From NCBI GenBank assembly GCA_001794905.1, contig MGLW01000063.1, positions 9,939-21,854 of the forward strand: a DNA stretch of 11,916 nt, read 5' to 3'. The position numbers and the translations under genes are program-made. Below the pieces are notes generated by a model, which saw nothing but the letters and a program-made list of their open reading frames with translations, ran no database searches and was not told the origin of the DNA. Below, piece by piece: positions 6,949 to 11,916 of this stretch (position 1 is its first letter; each line of letters opens with the position of its first letter). Source of the stretch: Chlamydiae bacterium RIFCSPHIGHO2_12_FULL_49_11. GTDB lineage: Bacteria > Chlamydiota > Chlamydiia > Chlamydiales > 2-12-FULL-49-11.

Positions 6949-6984
6949 TCTGATACCAGATAACAGCAATTATTTGGTATCAGA
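6949..6984. promoter_or_regulatory. Inverted repeat / hairpin spanning the lptE stop codon and the rsbW leader
   Basis: TCTGATACCAGATAA-CAGCAA-TTATTTGGTATCAGA: 14 of 15 positions are Watson-Crick pairs around a 6-nt loop. There is no U-tract after it on either strand. Confidence 0.75.
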
Positions 6985-7617
6985 TGTAAAAGCGGATCGA
7001 GCGAGACCTGCAACGATTTTTTTTGCAAGTTTTTGATATTCGGTAATAAAGGATTGGGTTCGAGCGCCTTCTTCCGAATCGAGTTGGCCCAGGGAAAACT
7101 GGAGCACAGACCGGGTTTGACCGGGAGGCGAAGTAAATTCGATGTTTTGGAGGGAGGTGGGGTTGACAAAATCATAGTCCGACTCGACTTCCACCACAAA
7201 CGGCTCAATCAGATTTTTCCCCGTCCCTCGTGCGATGACCGACACTTCGTATTCGAGAAGCCTTCTCTCCTCACTCGGATAAAGGCGGTCTTGCAAGGCA
7301 CCGGAAATGGGATCACGATCCCACATATACCCGATCACATCGACCTTGTCTTCCACCCTTTTGAGGCTCAAGACGTACGGGGCTCTGTGCTCATAGGTAA
7401 AGGCGCGGGAAGCGGCAATTTCTTTGGCGAGAAGCTGGCGGAAGATTCCGGAATCGTCATGGGTTAAAACTGAGGTGGCAAGAGAAATGGGCCCCTCGTT
7501 ATCCTTGCATCCGACCATGTGATAGGACGCACAAGAGGGGCATAAGCTCACCATAAAAATTACGGGTATTTTACACCAGAACTTTGATAAATTGCTTATT
7601 TTGTGTTTTTTGAACAT
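6970..7617 (-). CDS. lptE: LptE-like LPS-assembly lipoprotein (probable CT548-like)
   Basis: Basic N-terminus, hydrophobic stretch and SC-ASY lipobox-like site (cf. LptE C-G-[YF]). The alpha/beta pattern ends in helix YQKLAKKIV. It lies downstream of a bamD-like gene. The start codon is uncertain (22-nt overlap with the upstream gene). Confidence 0.65.
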   Translation of the reverse strand: MFKKHKISNLSKFWCKIPVIFMVSLCPSCASYHMVGCKDNEGPISLATSVLTHDDSGIFRQLLAKEIAASRAFTYEHRAPYVLSLKRVEDKVDVIGYMWDRDPISGALQDRLYPSEERRLLEYEVSVIARGTGKNLIEPFVVEVESDYDFVNPTSLQNIEFTSPPGQTRSVLQFSLGQLDSEEGARTQSFITEYQKLAKKIVAGLARSAFTSDTK

Positions 7618-8486
7618 CTTGCAAGACCCGACTGCGCTTTCGGAGCAACCGAAGATTCGGGAAATTGAGCGAGGAGTTTTTCGTAGTACATTCGTGCTGA
7701 AGCAATTTTCTTTTTCTTTTCATAGTACGTTGCACTTTTGAAAAGGTCGAGAGCATAAACATCTTCTATATAATGGTATAACTTCTCTGCAGCGACAAGC
7801 TTTGGACTAAGGGGATAATTGCGTTGGAACTGTCGCAGTTCAATGCGTGCGAGTTCGAGGTAATCGGTATCCGGATTGTGTCCCCGGCTCAAATCATAAT
7901 AGGAGCTGACGATATTGACATAGGCATCGCCGACAAGGGCAGAGCTCGGAAAGCGACGGACTAGAGTTTGGTAATCGGCCACTGCATCTTCATGCCGGCC
8001 AAACTCGGCGAGAATTTCCCCCTTGTGAAACAAGGACCGCGAGCCGATATCCGACTTCGGTGAAATTTGGAGGATTTCCTCATAAATGGATAGGGCCAAA
8101 TCTTTGCCCGAAACGATTCTAGGGGTCGATTTGACCCCGAACGGGTGGATATATGCGCCTTCGCGGAGTTTCTCGGCGCACTGGAACTTGAGGGCAACCA
8201 CTTCCTCAAAGAATTGCTCGTTGTTGAGCATTCTGAGGCTTTCTCCCGCTTCTTCATTCGCAAAATCGTAGTCGCGCGCAAAAAAATGGGATTTGGCAAC
8301 GTAAAAATGGACTTTCGATGCGTATTCGCTATTTTTATGTTCGGCCAAAAATTGTTCGCCCGCTTCCAGAAGCCGAGGCCATTCTCCCAGCTCATAACTT
8401 TTGGTAAGGCGCGCAAATTCTTCGTATATATCCGCACCTAAATAGGATGAGAAAGACAAGGCCAGAAAGATAAAAGTTTTTTTCAT
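7596..8486 (-). CDS. bamD: BamD/YfiO-like TPR outer-membrane assembly protein (probable CT547-like)
   Basis: Signal peptide and repeated TPR units ending in [FY]P-x-S (YQTLVRRFPSS, FQRNYPLS, YEKLLAQFPES). It also has A-x-YY-x-K...SA-x-x-YY, typical of the BamD C-terminus. Confidence 0.75.
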   Translation of the reverse strand: MKKTFIFLALSFSSYLGADIYEEFARLTKSYELGEWPRLLEAGEQFLAEHKNSEYASKVHFYVAKSHFFARDYDFANEEAGESLRMLNNEQFFEEVVALKFQCAEKLREGAYIHPFGVKSTPRIVSGKDLALSIYEEILQISPKSDIGSRSLFHKGEILAEFGRHEDAVADYQTLVRRFPSSALVGDAYVNIVSSYYDLSRGHNPDTDYLELARIELRQFQRNYPLSPKLVAAEKLYHYIEDVYALDLFKSATYYEKKKKIASARMYYEKLLAQFPESSVAPKAQSGLARCSKNTK

Positions 8487-8504
8487 GTGTATATAGTAAC
8501 TTTA

Positions 8505-11500
8505 TCAGTAAATAATGTCAACAAAGTAGGGTAAAGATTGGAAATACCCCGCCACCTCTTCTAAATCCAGTTTTTTGGACGGGTCTAAGGTAAGAACCCC
8601 CATCGGCCGTTTGTTACTCGTAAACACGATTTCCACCGAATCCTCACCCGAAAAAGCGCCGAATTTTTCACGAAATTCCAGGATGTGAGAAAGCTGCATT
8701 CTGTCAATGTCCAAATGGATGGTACATTTTTTCCCCATTTTTTTTTCTCCTTGCTCTTTACTCTTCCGGTCATTTTCTTTAGACCATTTTTCGAGCGTTT
8801 GAATCTGTTCCTGCAACCGGTTCAAATCGCCCTGCCCCATTTCGTCAAGCAAAGCAATCTCCCGTAAATTGAGTCTTGGCAATTCTTCTCGCATATCTAC
8901 GACGGCAAGGGCTGCATATACCTTATTTTCGGCAATGATCGAGCTCTGTTTTTGCCATGCGTCGCTCCACAACATCACCGTGCTCTCTCCGCTGCGGTCC
9001 GAAATTTTGACGGCGGCATATTTTTTGCCGAATCTCGACAACTTCACATCGAGAGTATCCACGATGAACACAATCTTGATCACGTCGCCATGCGCGCATT
9101 TGGCAATATCGGAAAGAGGCACCGGTAGAAATGCCGATGTCATTTCTTGATACAAATCAATCGGATGGCCGGAAACGTAAAATCCGAGGAGCTGTTTTTC
9201 TTTCAAAAACATTTCGAGCGGCGTGAGCACTTCGATCTCTTCTCCTTCTGCCACAGTCAAGATTGCAGGCACATCACCGAAAAGGTCCATGACGCCGAGC
9301 TCGCGCTCTTTCTTTTGGCGCATCAACGCTTCGAAATTCGTTTCCAAATGCTGGAGCAAGGTTCTCCGCTTTTCTCCCGTATAGTCAAAACACCCCGCAT
9401 CAATCAAAAGCTCGATCGCTTTCTTCCCCACTTTTTGGAAAGGAATACGCCTCAAAAATGCGTCCAGAGTTTCAAAGGGCCCTCCCCGCTCGCGTTCTTC
9501 CAGGATCGCATCCGACACATTGGATCCCATGCCTTTGATGGCTTTGAGACCAAAGCGGATCGCCGACGGGAGCGCGGTAAACACCTCTTTTGACTCGTTA
9601 ATATCGGGAGGAAAAACGGAAATGCCCATCCCTTTTGCCTCGACGATATGTTTGGCTACTTTTGTGATATCGTGAATGTCTGATGTCATGAGCGCCGCGA
9701 GCCACTCACGGGGATGATTGGCTTTCAGATAAGCCGTCACATAACACAGGTAGGCGTATGCAGCCGCATGAGATTTATTGAAGCCGTACGAGGCAAATTT
9801 TTCGATTTTTTCAAAAATCGAAGCGGCCAGCTCTTTCGATAGCCCTTTACCGATGGCGCCTTGAATGAACTTGCCTTTTTGCCGCTCCATCTCTTCGTGG
9901 TCTTTTTTTCCCATCGCACGCCGGAGTAAATCCCCTTCTCCGAGGGAATAGCCGGCGAGGAGTTGTGCAATCTGCATCACCTGCTCTTGGTATACCATGA
10001 TGCCGTACGTCTCTTCCAGAATGGGAACCAGCTTCTCGTGATCGTATTCGATCGGCTCGCGTCCGTGTTTGCGCTGTATGAAGGACGGGATCATTTCCAT
10101 CGGTCCCGGCCGATAGAGCGCTGCAACCGCCATGATTTCCTCGAAACGGTCGATGTGGAGTTGTTTGGCAAGCTCTTGCATCCCACCCGATTCAAGCTGG
10201 AAAATACCGGACGTTTTCCCCTGGTTCAAGAGTTCAAAGGTGGCAGGGTCATCCAGAGGGAGATTCACCCAGTCGATTTTCGATGGGAGACTATCTACGG
10301 TGCGTTGTATGGTCGTCAGCGTTTTGAGCCCCAGAAAATCGATTTTGAGCATGCCGACGCTTTCGACCGGCTTCATGGAAAATTGGGTGACATAGACATC
10401 CGAATCTTTGGCCGTACAAATCGGAATCGTCTCGATGAGCGGCCCGCTTGAAATAATGATCCCCGCCGCATGAATCCCCGTATTGCGGATACACCCTTCC
10501 AGCACGCGGGCCACTCGAATGAGTTCGTCTGTCTCAGCATCGGTTTGTTTCATTTGAAGGAGTTCTGGATCGAGCTCGAGCGCCCTTTCGATGGTCATAT
10601 CGAGATCCTCAGGGACCAGTTTCGCAATCTGGTTGACTTTGGAAAGGGAAACACCGAGTACACGCCCCACATCTTTGATGGCCATTTTCGCTTTCATTTT
10701 GCCGAAAGTGATGATCTGGGCCACTTGGTCTTTGCCGTATTTTTGAATCGTGTATTCAATCACTTCCGAGCGTCTCTCCATGCAAATGTCAACGTCGATA
10801 TCGGGGTACGAAATCCGTTCCGGGTTGATAAACCGTTCGAAGAAGAGATCGAAACGGAGCGGCTCGATTTCGGTAATTCCGGTAAGGTAAGAAATGATTG
10901 ACCCCGCGCCCGAGCCGCGGCCGGGACCGACAGGGATGCCGTGCTGTTTTGCCCATGCGATGAAGTCGTACACAATGAGGATGTAATCGCACATCTCTTT
11001 TGAAATGATCACCTCCAGCTCATAAGCGAGCCTTTCCTTGACCACATCGAGAGGGTCGCGTCCGGGATATTTCTTTTGCACCTCTTTCAGCCGCTCGCCC
11101 GTATACTTTTTTTCGATCGCGGCCTCGGCGAGAGAGCGCAGAAATTGTTCGGCCTCTTTTTTGCGCTGCTTTTCGGTATATTTTTTCCCTTCCAGTTCCG
11201 GCGGAACAAAGACCGGATAGTAACGCTTCGAAAAATCGAGGTCGACCCGGCACCTACCTGCAATCACACGTGTATTTGCGACCGCTTCCGGATCGTTGTG
11301 AAACAGCGCTTCCATTTCCGCGGGCGATTTGAAATACATTTCGTGCGAATACAAGGTGTCCCGTTTGGGGTTGATCGTTTTATCGCGCCGATTTCCGAAA
11401 GAATCGGTATTGGAAATATAACGGGGTTCCCCTGACAAAATGCCCATCAAAATTTCATGCGCATCCCAATCTTCCCGGTTCAGATAGCAAATATGGTGCG

Positions 11501-11915
11501 TAGCGACACGCCCGATCCCGAGCTTTTCACCCCAATATTTGGCTCCTTCGCGAATACGGGCCTCTTTTTTCCATGTTTCTTCCATTTTTTGGACAAGCCA
11601 GCTTTCTTTGTGCACTTTGTCCTTCTCGAAAGATTCAGGAGACATCGTGTGGTTTTCCACCGACAGGAAAAAATCATCACCGAACACTTCTTGAAACCAC
11701 GAGAGCTCTTTTTCCAGGGCCTCATTTTCCTCACGTGCCATGAGGGAACCGATTTTGCCGTTATGGGGGCCGCTGAGACAAATGAGGCCGCGCGAATAGG
11801 TGCGCAGCATTTCTTTATCGATACGGGGGTAGTAATAAAAACCTCTTGTAAACCCCAGCGAAGAGAGCATCGATATGTGATGGTACCCTTCCGGGCTTTT
11901 TGCAAGGAGGACAAG
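8505..11915 (-). CDS. dnaE: DNA polymerase III alpha subunit (5' end lies beyond the window)
   Basis: Motifs GPGRGSGAGS, FERFINPER, PDIDVD, HAAG, KIDFLGL, YGFNKSH, an HhH (IKGMG), LGFYVSGHP and an OB fold. The frame stays open upstream of the ORF-track ATG (LVLLAKSPEGYHHIS) to the window edge. No intein is evident. Confidence 0.98.
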   Translation of the reverse strand, partial: LVLLAKSPEGYHHISMLSSLGFTRGFYYYPRIDKEMLRTYSRGLICLSGPHNGKIGSLMAREENEALEKELSWFQEVFGDDFFLSVENHTMSPESFEKDKVHKESWLVQKMEETWKKEARIREGAKYWGEKLGIGRVATHHICYLNREDWDAHEILMGILSGEPRYISNTDSFGNRRDKTINPKRDTLYSHEMYFKSPAEMEALFHNDPEAVANTRVIAGRCRVDLDFSKRYYPVFVPPELEGKKYTEKQRKKEAEQFLRSLAEAAIEKKYTGERLKEVQKKYPGRDPLDVVKERLAYELEVIISKEMCDYILIVYDFIAWAKQHGIPVGPGRGSGAGSIISYLTGITEIEPLRFDLFFERFINPERISYPDIDVDICMERRSEVIEYTIQKYGKDQVAQIITFGKMKAKMAIKDVGRVLGVSLSKVNQIAKLVPEDLDMTIERALELDPELLQMKQTDAETDELIRVARVLEGCIRNTGIHAAGIIISSGPLIETIPICTAKDSDVYVTQFSMKPVESVGMLKIDFLGLKTLTTIQRTVDSLPSKIDWVNLPLDDPATFELLNQGKTSGIFQLESGGMQELAKQLHIDRFEEIMAVAALYRPGPMEMIPSFIQRKHGREPIEYDHEKLVPILEETYGIMVYQEQVMQIAQLLAGYSLGEGDLLRRAMGKKDHEEMERQKGKFIQGAIGKGLSKELAASIFEKIEKFASYGFNKSHAAAYAYLCYVTAYLKANHPREWLAALMTSDIHDITKVAKHIVEAKGMGISVFPPDINESKEVFTALPSAIRFGLKAIKGMGSNVSDAILEERERGGPFETLDAFLRRIPFQKVGKKAIELLIDAGCFDYTGEKRRTLLQHLETNFEALMRQKKERELGVMDLFGDVPAILTVAEGEEIEVLTPLEMFLKEKQLLGFYVSGHPIDLYQEMTSAFLPVPLSDIAKCAHGDVIKIVFIVDTLDVKLSRFGKKYAAVKISDRSGESTVMLWSDAWQKQSSIIAENKVYAALAVVDMREELPRLNLREIALLDEMGQGDLNRLQEQIQTLEKWSKENDRKSKEQGEKKMGKKCTIHLDIDRMQLSHILEFREKFGAFSGEDSVEIVFTSNKRPMGVLTLDPSKKLDLEEVAGYFQSLPYFVDIIY

Positions 11916-11916
11916 G

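Noticed and set aside
6943..6969. TTG start for rsbW given by the ORF track
   Set aside because: The added residues are just the hairpin loop and arm. The ATG at 6942 gives a typical-length RsbW.
11000..11660. Extra segments in DnaE as a possible intein or mobile insertion
   Set aside because: They are short in-frame insertions with no C/S...HN splice motifs and no LAGLIDADG or HNH signature. They are consistent with lineage-specific loops.
8585..11914. Numerous alternative-frame and antisense ORFs within dnaE, and similar ones inside the other genes
   Set aside because: They are fully nested in well-supported genes and have no recognisable motifs or initiation signals.
1..11916. CRISPR array, IS element, prophage, tRNA/rRNA or defence system
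   Set aside because: I saw no periodic repeats, transposase or integrase motifs, or RNA-gene signatures. Intergenic gaps are all about 105 bp or less.

Overview
A gene-dense bacterial chromosomal segment, most likely from a member of the phylum Chlamydiota outside the Chlamydiaceae. This is inferred from a gene order matching the dnaE-CT547-CT548-rsbW-CT550-dacC-fmu block I recall from Chlamydia trachomatis, and from chlamydial-style insertions in DnaE. Left to right: lnt (5' part only; missed by the ORF track), a DoxX-family membrane protein, an RsmB/Fmu methyltransferase, a SurA-like chaperone coupled to a divergent rsmA/ksgA, a D-Ala-D-Ala carboxypeptidase, a conserved chlamydial hypothetical, a stand-alone small beta-barrel outer-membrane protein, and a minus-strand dnaE-bamD-lptE-rsbW run. 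I see no mobile element, CRISPR array, RNA gene or defence system. The best leads are small-scale: a 15-bp hairpin joining the lptE stop to the rsbW start, an SD-A8-ATG / A9 slippery element before the DnaE C-terminal domain, a degenerate DnaE PHP site, a BamD-like protein with no lipobox, a duplicated lipobox-like motif in DacC, and an unusually eroded KsgA. All protein calls come from motif recognition by eye, with no database search.
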